A stretch of 64,000 nt of DNA from Octopus sinensis (taxonomy: Eukaryota), in contig NC_042998.1 in assembly GCF_006345805.1 (NCBI RefSeq), positions 88,660,001-88,724,000 on the forward strand, given 5' to 3'. How positions within the stretch are numbered: the first letter of the stretch is position 1; each line of letters opens with the position of its first letter. A program made the position numbers and the translations under genes. This document shows, one piece after another, positions 13,091-24,403 of this stretch. The notes below the pieces were generated by a model. It did not search any database. It was not told the DNA's origin and saw only the letters and a program-made list of their open reading frames with translations.

Positions 13091-13504
13091 ACTGGTTTTA
13101 ATCATTAGAGTGTGACCATAGCGGAAAATAGTTTTCAAAGGAGTTTTAGCAAACATAAAACTCTCACCTGTTGTATTCTTGTTTCAATCTGGTACTTGTT
13201 GAACCACTTGTTAAATCATGTAGTCACACAACAATTTTGACTCAAACACTGAATTTTTTTCAAGGGATGTACAACACCCCCAGCATGTATGCTCATATTT
13301 ATCTCTTTAACAGGCTTCTGCTCAATTTCTGCATTATACCCACCCTTATGCATTGAATCTAAGTTCCAAATATGACACTACGTGAACCCTGAGTAAGGCA
13401 TGTGTAAAGGTTGAATGAAATTGGTTGTGTAGTTCTCGAGTTTTAAGGATTCACACAGACACACACACAGACAGACACACATTCTCATTTTTATATATAT
13501 AGAT
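13091..13504 (-). mobile_element. Putative non-autonomous Helitron
   Basis: The minus strand starts TCTATATATATAAAAATGAGAATGTGTGTCTGTC, resembling the 5' end at 31609. The 3' end is degenerate (...AAACCAGT). Confidence 0.5.
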
Positions 13505-15082
13505 TATCCTAATTCATATTACTGGCCTTCTAAAAGTGTTAGTTAGTATGAAGTTGGATAATTAAAATTAGCAGGTGATTTTCCAAATACTTTATGTATG
13601 CAAATAAATTCTTAATTTACTGAAACTTCCTTGAGATGAAGACAAAAAGCAAAAACCTAGCAGCAGTTCTTGACAGCTCTGTAAGAGAAAGGGAGGACAT
13701 TTTCTAAAAATTAATCCTTACTGCATGAGGACTGAACACACTCGGTTTTGTGCATGTGCACTTGAGACATAAGCTTTTTGAAAGTAGAGTACTTCTCCAC
13801 ATTTGAAAGTAGAGACTTCTCCACATTTGATATGGCACAGTATGTGCATTTTATTGTTACTTGTGAGAATTGATTTGCATATAATTAGCATGACACACCA
13901 CCTGCTTGTGAGGCACAAGAATAAATTTCTCACATACTCAGGGAAAGGACAGTCTGATCTTTGTTTGTAGACAACAGTCAACTTTGAATATGTGTTTCAG
14001 GCTATTTGATATCATGAATACTGTTGAACTAAGTCCACTGCCCTGTAAATAAGATTTTTATATCATAGAAAATACTTATATTTTCGACCAACGATAATTT
14101 TCATAATTAAAATAACTTAAAGAAGTTTGGAAAATAACATAAAGGAGTATATACCATGAATTTGCATTACTGAATTAAAGAGAGTTGTACTTAAAGTTGT
14201 CTGCAGGAAATAATCCCTTCCTGGTAATTCTTCTAACATTAATCTTGGCCAGAAATATGCATGACAGTTTTGCTACATCTAAAAATCTGTTTACTAGTCT
14301 GTAACCTTAGACTATATTAATGAACACAGGGTGAAAGAAAAAGAAAAGTATGAGTATGATGAGAGAACTAAGGTAATTGGTGTGAGAAAGAGGTAGAAGA
14401 GATAGTATTGGGAGAGTGAATGACAGTACCAGGAAGCTATATGTGGTTTATTGGTAGGGATATTGCATAGAAAAGCAGCATAAGTGGTGCAATGAGAAAA
14501 GAAAGAATAGAGGGAGAAGAGTAATAGAAAAGGTGGAATGTAAGGGAATGTGATATATGTAAATACTGTCAATTGTCATGGAGTAGTCTAAAGAAGGTTC
14601 TTGTAAAAGTGGTCATTCTGTTTGTCTACCTACCCTCACTGTGGTGCATATGTAGAAATAACTATTACTGTTGTTTTGTCTATGACTAACTCAAGCTTCA
14701 TTATTCTATTGTATACCCTGATTACCTTAATTATATTATTTATCCATTTCTCTGTCAACAATACACCAGATCCACCCTTCCCATTCCTATTAACCTACTT
14801 AGAAGACTTTATACCTTTGTTCCTTACTTCCTTACTGGCTGAAGCTCCATGTCCATATTGTCTCTTAAATACAGCCCAAATCCACAACACATTTGATGGT
14901 GCTCATTTCTGTTATGGTTATCTGTGATTACAAAATGCCAAATTCTCAACTATGTAATACATTAGTGCAGGTTTTTAATTGTGAATCTGTAATAATTTGT
15001 ATAATATGTATATGTATGTTATATATTGGAAACAACATTTAAACACCATTTAAATATATAATTTTTGGTTTCTATATTTCAG

Positions 15083-15187
15083 GCATTATCCGAATCTGAA
15101 ATCCACACATATGCAAATACTCTGCGTCACAATGATGAACTGGTTACTTCTCTATATGAAGTGTTAGAGCAGAGGCCAGGAGTTGAG
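15083..15187 (+). CDS. HYCC (FAM126): Hyccin coding exon 2: ALSESEIHTYANTLRHNDELVTSLYEVLEQRPGVE
   Basis: Acceptor TTTCAG and donor GTAAGA, 105 nt, phase 0/0. Aligns with human [34 protein letters not shown]. Confidence 0.9.
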
Positions 15188-16272
15188 GTAAGATATATAT
15201 TGATGGCTTTATCTCTTGGGTTATTTCCATTAAGTTAGGAAAGTTAAGTAATTTCTGCATTTATTTAATTGTTTTATTGTTTTTCCTTCTTTTATGCTTT
15301 TACTTGTTTCAGTCATTGGACTGTGGCCATTCTGGATAGTTCATGTAATGTGTGAGTCAGAAATTTAATGTTTTATGTCTGTGAAATGTATGCAATAAAT
15401 ACAGATTTGTAATAGCATATGTTTTAATCAATGTGCTGTCTAGACTTGAAACCACAAGCGATTTGAGAAACTGATTGGTTGGTTATGAAGGTTACTGCTT
15501 CAAACATACAAATCAGTTGACCATGCAGGTATGAACATGTAGGGTGAAAGGGATAACATTACCTGAATAGAAATGTGTCATGAGTTACAAAATAGAAAGT
15601 ACACATAGAACAAACCAAAGGGATGATGGTGTGTAATTGAACCCTTTCATGATTAAACATCACAGATTGTAATGATGTAATGCATGATTGTAATGTATGG
15701 AAGAGGTGTTGTATTGCAGATCCATTCATTACATATGAATATGACAAAATGAATAAATAAATATTTACAAGAATGATGATGATGATGTTGATATATTTCA
15801 TGTGAAGGAATGTGAAAGAAAAGGCACTTTAGATACAAGTTGAGATGAAAAATGTTTGACTCTCCAACAAAGAGATGACAGATACTGAAAGACTGTCATT
15901 TTTAAAATGTTGCAAGCTAATGACAAAAAATTCTCTCAAGGCAAGCCTAAATGTCAAATTGTGCTGTGTATGTTACATACTACTTGTCACAATTTTTGTC
16001 TTATAGGAATAGAGATAGTGTACTATAATTTCCTCTCTTCCTTACATTCATCTCTTTATCCTTCTGTCTATCTGTTTATCCAGCCATATGTTCATTCATT
16101 CTGAGATGAGTCTATATGAGTCATTACTCAGAGTTTTCCATTTCCAGCTTTCAGGAGTCACCCAGTGATATATATGCATGCATATGTATGTTCACACACA
16201 CACATCAAAATTAACAGAATGAGATAAAAATCCAAAGCTGTGAAACATTTCAGAACATTTATAAAGAGAAGG

Positions 16273-16319
16273 TCTTACAGCTGTTTCCGGGATAATTTTA
16301 TATATCCCTTCATCGGAGA
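16273..16319 (-). ncRNA. Minimal type I hammerhead ribozyme-like motif (U4C variant), Penelope-type
   Basis: The minus strand reads TCT-CCGATGA-A-GGGATA-tataaaat-TATCCC-G-GAAA-CAGCTG-TA-AGA. It has a 3-bp stem I, a 6-bp stem II, a palindromic stem III and a GUA triplet. Confidence 0.6.
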
Positions 16320-16365
16320 TGGTGTGAGAAAATAGTTAAGCAATAGTTAAGCATGTATATAAATA

Positions 16366-16417
<52 letters not shown>

Positions 16418-16588
16418 TAATCCAAACAAGAAAACAAAAAGACAACAACGCAAGGATGTGGAACAAATAAAGTATTATTGGATGCTCAGGGAAGAAGGGA
16501 AGATATATATATATATATACACACACATACATGTACATGCATATATGAGTACAGGATGTCACCAATGGTCCAAATAACATGAAGTGCA

Positions 16589-16949
16589 CAAACAAGCAAG
16601 GTAAAAATGAGTGAAACACGTAAACGAGAAAAAAATGGAAAACAAGACAAGTTGACACAGAGAAAGGACCCTTTATCAGTTGTTGGCTGTCTATCTACTT
16701 CTCATTTTGAGCAGGGAGCAACTGTTGTTGAAGACTCATCCCTACTTTGACCCTCCATAAATCCTAAATTTTATTTTAGAATTTATGGGAGCAACTGTCT
16801 TTGAAGACTCATTTGTTGTTGAATCTTGAAATGAGGAATAGATAGACAGCTGACACCTGATGAAGAGTCCTTTCTCTGTGTTAAATTGTCCTGTTTTCCA
16901 TTTTTTCTCATTGTTTACATCTTTCACTCATTTTTCTTTCATTTGTTTG
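16589..16949. repeat. Diverged inverted repeat, arms about 120 bp (16589-16707 and 16829-16949), Penelope-LTR-like
   Basis: GAGAAAGGACCCTTTATCAGTTGTTGGCTGTCTATCT mirrors AGATAGACAGCTGACACCTGATGAAGAGTCCTTTCTC. The spacer has a 26-bp direct repeat, GGGAGCAACTGT..TTGAAGACTCAT. Confidence 0.8.
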
Positions 16950-17956
16950 TATATTTCATGTTATTTGCACCGTTGGTGACATCCTGTACCCATATAATCA
17001 TGTATATATACATATATATATATTACATATTATTTACTATTTAATTGAATGTGACATATCCGTTTCCGGGTAAAATATATATATATATATATATAGAGAG
17101 AGAGGAGTTTGTATGATTGTGTATAGAGGGATATATATTATTCAAAGAAATTCCAACTCTGTTTTTTATGTTTTATTTATAATCTTTATAATGTTAATGT
17201 AGAATATAGAATATATAGTATAAATAATATATTTAGTAAAATGAAATGAAGTATTGATTGTCTTATTGAATAGATGAAATATTGAATATAAAATATTAAG
17301 GGACTAGTATACTTTCTTGCATTAAAGCAGTCTTCAAGGTCCCAGGTTGTGACAGGAGTGTTTCAACTGTGGTTGACTGACTGTCTTTTGTACTTTATAT
17401 ATGTTCTTGTGGGCAGCAGTAGTAGTTGTTTAGCTATTTTTAGAAATGATGCCAAACCATTTTTCAATTTTTATTTTTAGAAATGATGATAGCAGTACTT
17501 TTTAGAGATTTTTTTGTTTTGGTTATAGGGATAAGATTTTTAGACCCCAAATAAGATTAATTTAATCATTGTTTGTTAAGCTTGGGTTTGAATTTCTTAA
17601 TAAAGTCCTTAATAAAGTCCGATCGGTCACGTGGGAAGAGAATAGAGAGAAGTAGTGGCAGAGGGACAGAAGAATTAAGGAGGGGCGAGAAAAAATGACA
17701 AGGACACAGTCAAGTGAAAAGTAGAGGGAAAGTGAGTAAGAAGAGATGGCAAAGAAATGTGAGAGAGGGGGATCAAGAGAATGAAGAGTGGAATGAACGA
17801 ATAAGCATGAAAGGGTTGATAGAAATAGAGTTGTACAAGATTTTGTAAAATGTGTACTTACATATAAGAGAACAAAGTGTACATATGCCGCTATATATAT
17901 AAAATACAAAATGGGACAAGAACGCAAAACATCCCGACCACTAGGTGATACAAAAA

Positions 17957-18670
17957 GGGACATCTTGCTTTCATGTGCCCCTTTTTGCTGCATAGGAAGC
18001 ATGTTGGTGGTCTTCATTCTACTGTTATTCGAAGTCTGCTGTCTTCTGGGAGTATTATCTCCTCCGTTATACTATGCAAGTCTTCCAAAGATACCTGCAT
18101 GGTCACTTTGAGGCTATATTCCCACCAATTGGACTTTGGGGTCCTCTTCATCTTGAGGATCTCTACTCCATCCTTCATATCATTCATAATGGATGCTACC
18201 AGCCATTCTTCCTCGATTTCGGTGGGTACTCTTCCAACTCTCACTCTGGCTGCACGTTTGCCACAGTACGTTGGAAGTAGTATCCATTTCTTTGTCCGTA
18301 ACGGCTCCGTGGCGTGGTTTATGGCATCTTCTTCGTTGTCAAATCTTACTTCCACTGAGCCATACTTCTTTCCGCGTGTGTAGAATGTGGTCAATTTTTT
18401 AACATTTTCTCGGCATTCCTCTATTTCTTCTGTTGGGGCTACCACTATTTTGTTTGAGGACGTAGATAACGTTCTGTATACTACCGTCCTCTTTTCTATG
18501 CTTTTCATCAGTTCTTCTGGGTGAGTCAGCTTTAGACCAGTTCCCTCCTTTTTTACAAATTTTCTTCCTTCCTTCCTCTTTCTTGTGTCCATTTCTATTT
18601 CTTGCAATTCCAGGGTGCTGGTATTTATTCCTTGTGTCGTCGCTGCTGTGTAACTTTGTCTATTCTCCAT
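17957..18670 (-). pseudogene. L1/Tx1-like ORF1 (gag-like) relic: RRM-like region plus CCHC zinc knuckle, one premature stop
   Basis: A 218-aa ORF (GSVEVRFDNEEDA, RVRVGRVPTEI) ends at TGA 18014-18016. In-frame readthrough gives RPPT-CFLCSKKGHMKARC-P (C-x2-C-x4-H-x4-C, 17960-18001). Confidence 0.75.
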
Positions 18671-18854
18671 CTTTCTTCACTCCTCCTGTAGATGGGGATT
18701 ATACAGGTGTAAATGAACAAGTGACTGAAATTCAATAATTTACACAATCCAACGAATCTTGGTTCACCCGTGCGGGGAAACCTGCAACAAACATACAATA
18801 TCAGTGTGTAACAATTTGAACTCACATCAAAGAAATCACAACCAACACCCGTTA

Positions 18855-19015
18855 GTGACAATCGTGAGTTGTCGATGAAAAGTAGGCCTTCCTTTGCAGA
18901 AAGCGAACGTTAAACGATGATGATGATATCCTTTATCCAGTGACGAAAAGTCACTGATATCGATATATATTTGCAAAGGAAGGCCTACTTTTCATCGATA
19001 ACTCGTGATTGTCAC
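18855..19015. repeat. 44-bp inverted repeat (18855-18898 and 18972-19015)
   Basis: Three mismatches, all G-U pairs in + strand RNA. The spacer holds an RTE tail snippet and a CAGTGAC-gaaaa-GTCACTG hairpin. Confidence 0.9.
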
Positions 19016-19057
19016 ACACTGATGACGGGTCAATACCCAGAAACTCGAGTCCGTGTG
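19013..19057 (+). ncRNA. Minimal type I hammerhead ribozyme with canonical core (Penelope/retrozyme type)
   Basis: CACACA-CTGATGA-C-GGGT-caat-ACCC-A-GAAA-CTCGAG-TC-CGTGTG. All core nucleotides are present, with a GUC cleavage triplet (cut after 19051) and a palindromic stem III. Confidence 0.75.
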
Positions 19058-19181
19058 TATCATAGGTTGAAGACGGAAAGGATGGTTTCCTTTTGCAAAT
19101 ACTGATAGGGCACAGAAAGTGTGTCAATATGGAAAACGGACGCTAAACGATGATGATGATGATGATGATATATATATATAT

Positions 19182-20610
19182 ATCATCATCATCATCATCG
19201 TTTAGCGTCCGTTTTCCATGCTAGCATGGGTTGGACGGTTCTACTTGGGCCTGTGAAGCCAGAAGGCTTCATCAGGCCCAGTCAAATCTGGCAGTGTTTC
19301 TACGGCTGGATGCCCTTCCTAACGCCAACCACTCCGTGAGTGTAGTGGGTACTTTTTACGTGCCACCCGCACAGGTGCCAGACAGAGCTGGCAAACGGCC
19401 ATGAACGGATGGTGCTTTTTATGTGCCACCGGCACAAGGGCCAGGCGAGGCTGGCAACGGACACAAAACGGGGCGGTGCTGGCAATGGTCGCGAAACGGA
19501 AGGTTCTCTTACATGCCACCAGCACTGGTAACACATCTGCAATTTCCATTGATCGATTTCGATTCTGATCCTCACTTGCCTCAACGGGTCTTCACAAGTA
19601 GAGTTTCGACATGCCACCGGCACTGGTAACACATCTGCAATTTCCATTGATCGATTTCGATTCTGATCCTCACTTGCCTCAACAGGTCTTCACAAGTAGA
19701 GTTTTGTGTCCCAAGAAGGGAAGGTATGCACACGTAGGCTGGCTCCATCCCATGTAGAAAGCCACGGGTTATGGACTCACTTGTCCTGCTGGGTCTTACA
19801 CCTTTTCTACAAATCGAGCAGGGCCATCAACCTGAAGGCGTTTGTGATTTGTCTACCTTCCTACTGATTACGACTTTGGTTTTAGCTAGATTGACTCTGA
19901 GGCCCTTCGATTCTAATCCTTGTTTCCACACCTGAAACTTCTCCTCCAATTCTGATAGCGACTCAGCAATTAGAGCAAGGTCATCAGCATAGAGGAGCTC
20001 CCAAGGGCATCCTGTCTTGAATTCCTCCGTTATTGCCTGGAGAACTATGATAAATAGGAGGGGGCTGAGTACTGAGCCTTGGTGGACCCCTACCTCTACC
20101 CGGAATTCTTCACTGTACTCGTTGCCAACCCTCACCCTACTAGCAGCGTCCCTATACATGGCCCGCACAGCTCTCACTAGCCATTCATCTATCCCTAGTT
20201 TCCTCATTGCCCACCAGATAAGGGATCGGGGGACCCTGTCGAAGGCTTTCTCCATGTCAACAAAAGCCAGGTACAGGGGCTTATCTTTGGCTAGGTATTT
20301 CTCCTGCAGCTGCCTTACCAGGAATATAGCATCAGTAGTACTTTTCCCTGGCACAAACCCAAACTGCATCTCATCTAAACTAACTCTCTCTCTAATTAGT
20401 TGGGCTATGACCCTCTCCGTAACCTTCATCACCTGATCCAACAGCTTGATACCTCTGTAGTTATTTGTATCTAGGGCGTCACCTTTACCTTTGTAGCAGT
20501 TGACTATTATGCTGCTACACCAGTCATTAGGTATGACTCCTTTGTGTATCACCTGATTAACTATACGGGTGACTAGGCTATAGCCGATACTACCAGACAT
20601 TTTGAGCATC
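19182..20610 (-). mobile_element. RTE LINE copy B: 5'-truncated with a 742-bp internal deletion
   Basis: RT ORF 19827-20612 (YADD, FVDMEKAFD). The junction GGTCTT|ACACC at about 19797 corresponds to loss of 21237-21978 in copy A. (CAT)n tail at 19182. Confidence 0.95.
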
Positions 20611-23600
20611 ATATCATCATCATCATTTAGCGTCCGTTTTCCATGCTAGCATGGGTTGGATGGTTCTACTGGGGTCTGTGAAGCCAGAAGGCTTCATCAG
20701 GCCCAGTCAAATCTGGCAGTGTTTCTACGGCTGGATGCCCTTCCTAACGCCAACCACTCCGTGAGTGTAGTGGGTGCTTTTTACGTGCCACCCGCACTGG
20801 TGCCAGACAGAGCTGGCAAACGGCCACGAACGGATGGTGCTTTTTATGTGCCACCGGCACGAGGGCCAGGAGAGGCTGGCAACGGACACGAAACGGGGCG
20901 GTGCTGGCAACGGTCGCGAAACGGAAAGTTCTCTTACATGCCACCGGCACTGGTAACACATCTGCAATTTCCATTGATCGATTTCCATTGATCGATTTCG
21001 ATTCTGATCCTCACTTGCCTCAATGGGTCTTCACAAGCAGAGTTTCGACATGCCACCGGCACTGGTAGCACATCCGCAATTTCCATTGATCGATTTCGAT
21101 TCTGATCCTCACTTGCCTCAACACGTCTTCACAAGTAGAGTTTTGTGTCCCAAGAAGGGAAGGTATGCATACGTAGGCTGGCTCCATCCCATGTAGAAGG
21201 CCACGGGTTGTGGACTCACTTGTCCTGCCGGGTCTTCTCGCGCACAGCACACTTCCAGAGGTCTCGGTCTCTAGTCATTTCCTCAGTGAGACCTAAAGTT
21301 CGAAGGTCGTGCTTCACCACCTCGTCCCAGGTTTTCCTGGGTCTGCCTCTTCCACAGGTTCCCTCAACCGCTAGGGTGTGGCACTTTTTCACACAACTAT
21401 CTTCATCCATTCTCGCCACATGACCATACCAGCGCAAACGTCTCTCTTGCACACCACAACTGATGCTTCTTAGGTCCAGCTTTTCTCTCAAGGTACTTAC
21501 ACTCTGCCGAGTGTGAGTACCGGCATTACACATCCATCGGAGCATACTGGCTTCATTTCTAGCGAGCTTACGCATATCCTCAGCAGTCACGGCCCATGTT
21601 TCACTGCCATGTAGCATGGCTGTTCGTACACACGCATCATACAGTCTGCCTTTCACTCTGTGCGAGAGGCCTTTTGTCACCAGCAGAGGTAAGAGCTCTC
21701 TGAACTTTGCCCAAGCTATTCTTACTCTAGCAGTTACACTTTCAGCACACCCGCCCCCGCTGCTGACTTGGTCACCTAGGTAACGGAAACTATCAACTAT
21801 TTCTAGTTTTTCTCCCTGGAAAGTGACGGAAGTTGGTCTCAGAGCATTTTCAGTGTTTATTGTTCCTGAGCATCTGCCACATACAAAAACCATCTTCCTA
21901 GTTAGCCTTCCTTTGACATTGCTGCATCTCTTATGTGTCCATAGCTTACACTTGGTGCATCTTATAGAGTTTCTACCTACACCTTTTCTACAGATCGAGC
22001 AGGGCCATCTACCTGAAGGTGTTTGTGATTTGTCTACCTTCCTACTGATTACGACTTTGGTTTTAGCTAGATTGACTCTGAGGCCCTTCGATTCTAATCC
22101 TTGTTTCCACACCTGAAACTTCTCCTCCAGTTCTGATAGCGACTCAGCAATTAGAGCAAGGTCATCAGCATAGAGGAGCTCCCAAGGGCATCCTGTCTTG
22201 AATTCCTCCGTTATTGCCTGGAGGACTATGATAAATAGGAGGGGGCTGAGTACTGAGCCTTGGTGGACCCCTACCTCTACCCGGAATTCTTCACTGTACT
22301 CATTTCCAACCCTCACCCTACTAGCGGCGTCCCTATACATGGCCCGCACAGCTCTCACTAACCATTCATCTATCCCTAGTTTTCTCATTGCCCACCAGAT
22401 AAGGGATCGGGGGACCCTGTCGAAGGCTTTCTCCATGTCAACAAAAGCCAGGTACAGGGGCTTATCTTTGGCTAGGTATTTCTCCTGCAGCTGCCTTACC
22501 AGGAATATAGCATCAGTAGTACTTTTCCCTGGCACAAACCCAAACTGCATCTCATCTAAACTAACTCTCTCTCTAATTAGTTGGGCTATGACCCTCTCCG
22601 TAACCTTCATCACCTGGTCCAACAGCTTGATACCTCTGTAGTTATTTGTATCTAGGGCATCACCTTTACCTTTGTAGCAGTTGACTATTATACTGCTACA
22701 CCAGTCATTGGGTATGACCCCTTTGTGTATCACCTGATTAACTATATGGGTGACTAGGCTATAGCCGACACTTCCAGACATTTTGAGCATCTCTGCAGTG
22801 ATTCCTGATGGGCCTGGGGCTTTCCCTGTCTTCATGCTTCTAATTGCCTTAGCTACCACAGAACTATCAACTCGGATAGCTGGTCCCTCTGTTGGGTCAA
22901 CATTCGGCAGACTCTCTTTATCCCATTCATTTTCTTCATTCAGCAACCTTTCATAGTGGCATCTCCAAACCTCTCTCTTTGCATCCTCATTTAGCGCAAG
23001 TGAACCATCTTCCATGCGAACACACTTCTCTCCTACCACATCACGATTCTCTCTCACACACTGTCTTGCAACACGAAACACCTCCAGTCTTTGGTCCTCA
23101 CGGCGCAGAACATTGGCAAATTTTTTCTTATCTGCTTCCCCTCTGGCTAAATAAACCTGTCTCCTAGCTTCTCTTTTGGCAGTCTGATACAATTCCCTGC
23201 TACCCCCATTTTTCCAGACCTTCCAAGCCTGTCTCTTTTCTCTAATAGCCCTGTCTACAATATTGTTCCACCACCACGTTATTCTAGGTCGAGAGGGGAC
23301 TTTGCACCAGCCACAGATCTGGTCAGTGGCTCTCAGCAGGTTGTCCCTTAGAAACGTCCAGCTGTCTTCTACCCCCTGTGATGCTCTATCCCCTTCTACT
23401 TCGTCAGAGGCTTCAAGTAATATGTCCCTAAATCTCTGTCCATTTGCAGGATCTTTAAGCTTCCAGATCCTTCTTCTCCATATTTGTCGTCTTCTGGTTG
23501 TCCTCCTAGTCCTGATCCTAAAGTCACTAACTACCAGTCTATGTTGTGGGGTACATTCTTCACCTGGGAAGGTTTTGGCATTTATAAGCAGCCATCTCTC

Positions 23601-24273
23601 CCTTTGCCTTGTAAGGATGTAGTCAATTTGGCTGGTATGTTGGCCCGATTGGTAAGTGACTAGGTGGCTGGTAGGTTCCTGAAGTTAGTGTTGCAAATCA
23701 TAAGATTATTTGCATCGCAGAACTCCAGCAGCCTGGTTCCCTCCTCGTTGCGGGAGCCATAGCCATAGCCTCCATGTACGCCATGGAAGCCCCCAGCATG
23801 TCGTCCAACGTGACCATTGAAGTCACCAGCCACAAAGATAAGGTCTCTGTCGTTCGTCAATGAGGTAGTCTGCAGTAGAGTGTCATAGAATCGGTCTTTC
23901 TGTCCATCGGGTAGCCCCGACTGAGGAGCATAGGCTGATATAATGGTTGCTAAACTATGATGAAGCACTAATCTAATCTTAAGTATTCTGTCACTTACTC
24001 TGATTACCTCAATTACTTTATCTACCCATTTCTCAGCGATAAGTATACCCACGCCACCAACCCCGTCAGTGTTCCCTGCCCAGAAAATCTTGTACCTGCA
24101 TTCCTTGCCTGTGAGGAACCTAGCTGATCCTCCTCTCCACCTTATTTCTTGCATGCAACATATATCCACACATCTCCGTTCAAGCATCTCGACTATCTCA
24201 CCAGACCTACCTTTCAGAGTGCCAACGTTGAGGGTGCCAACCCTGAGGGTGTGGAAGGCATGGGCTCTAGAGA

Positions 24274-24275
<2 letters not shown>
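20611..24275 (-). mobile_element. RTE-clade LINE copy A: near-complete APE endonuclease + RT ORF with one frameshift, plus 3' UTR and tail
   Basis: APE motifs TLNVGT, MQE, SAYAP and GDFNGHVG (23660-24277). A 1-nt deletion at about 23676 (AGGAACCT) is followed by a stop-free frame through SQIDYIL and PQHRLVV to the RT (YADD) and the stop at 21216. Confidence 0.95.
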
Positions 24276-24318
<43 letters not shown>

Positions 24319-24340
24319 TATATACATATATATACATATA

Positions 24341-24403
<63 letters not shown>

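Noticed and set aside
20017-22641. + strand ORFs of 139 and 147 aa
   Set aside because: They are antisense shadows of the RTE RT frame.
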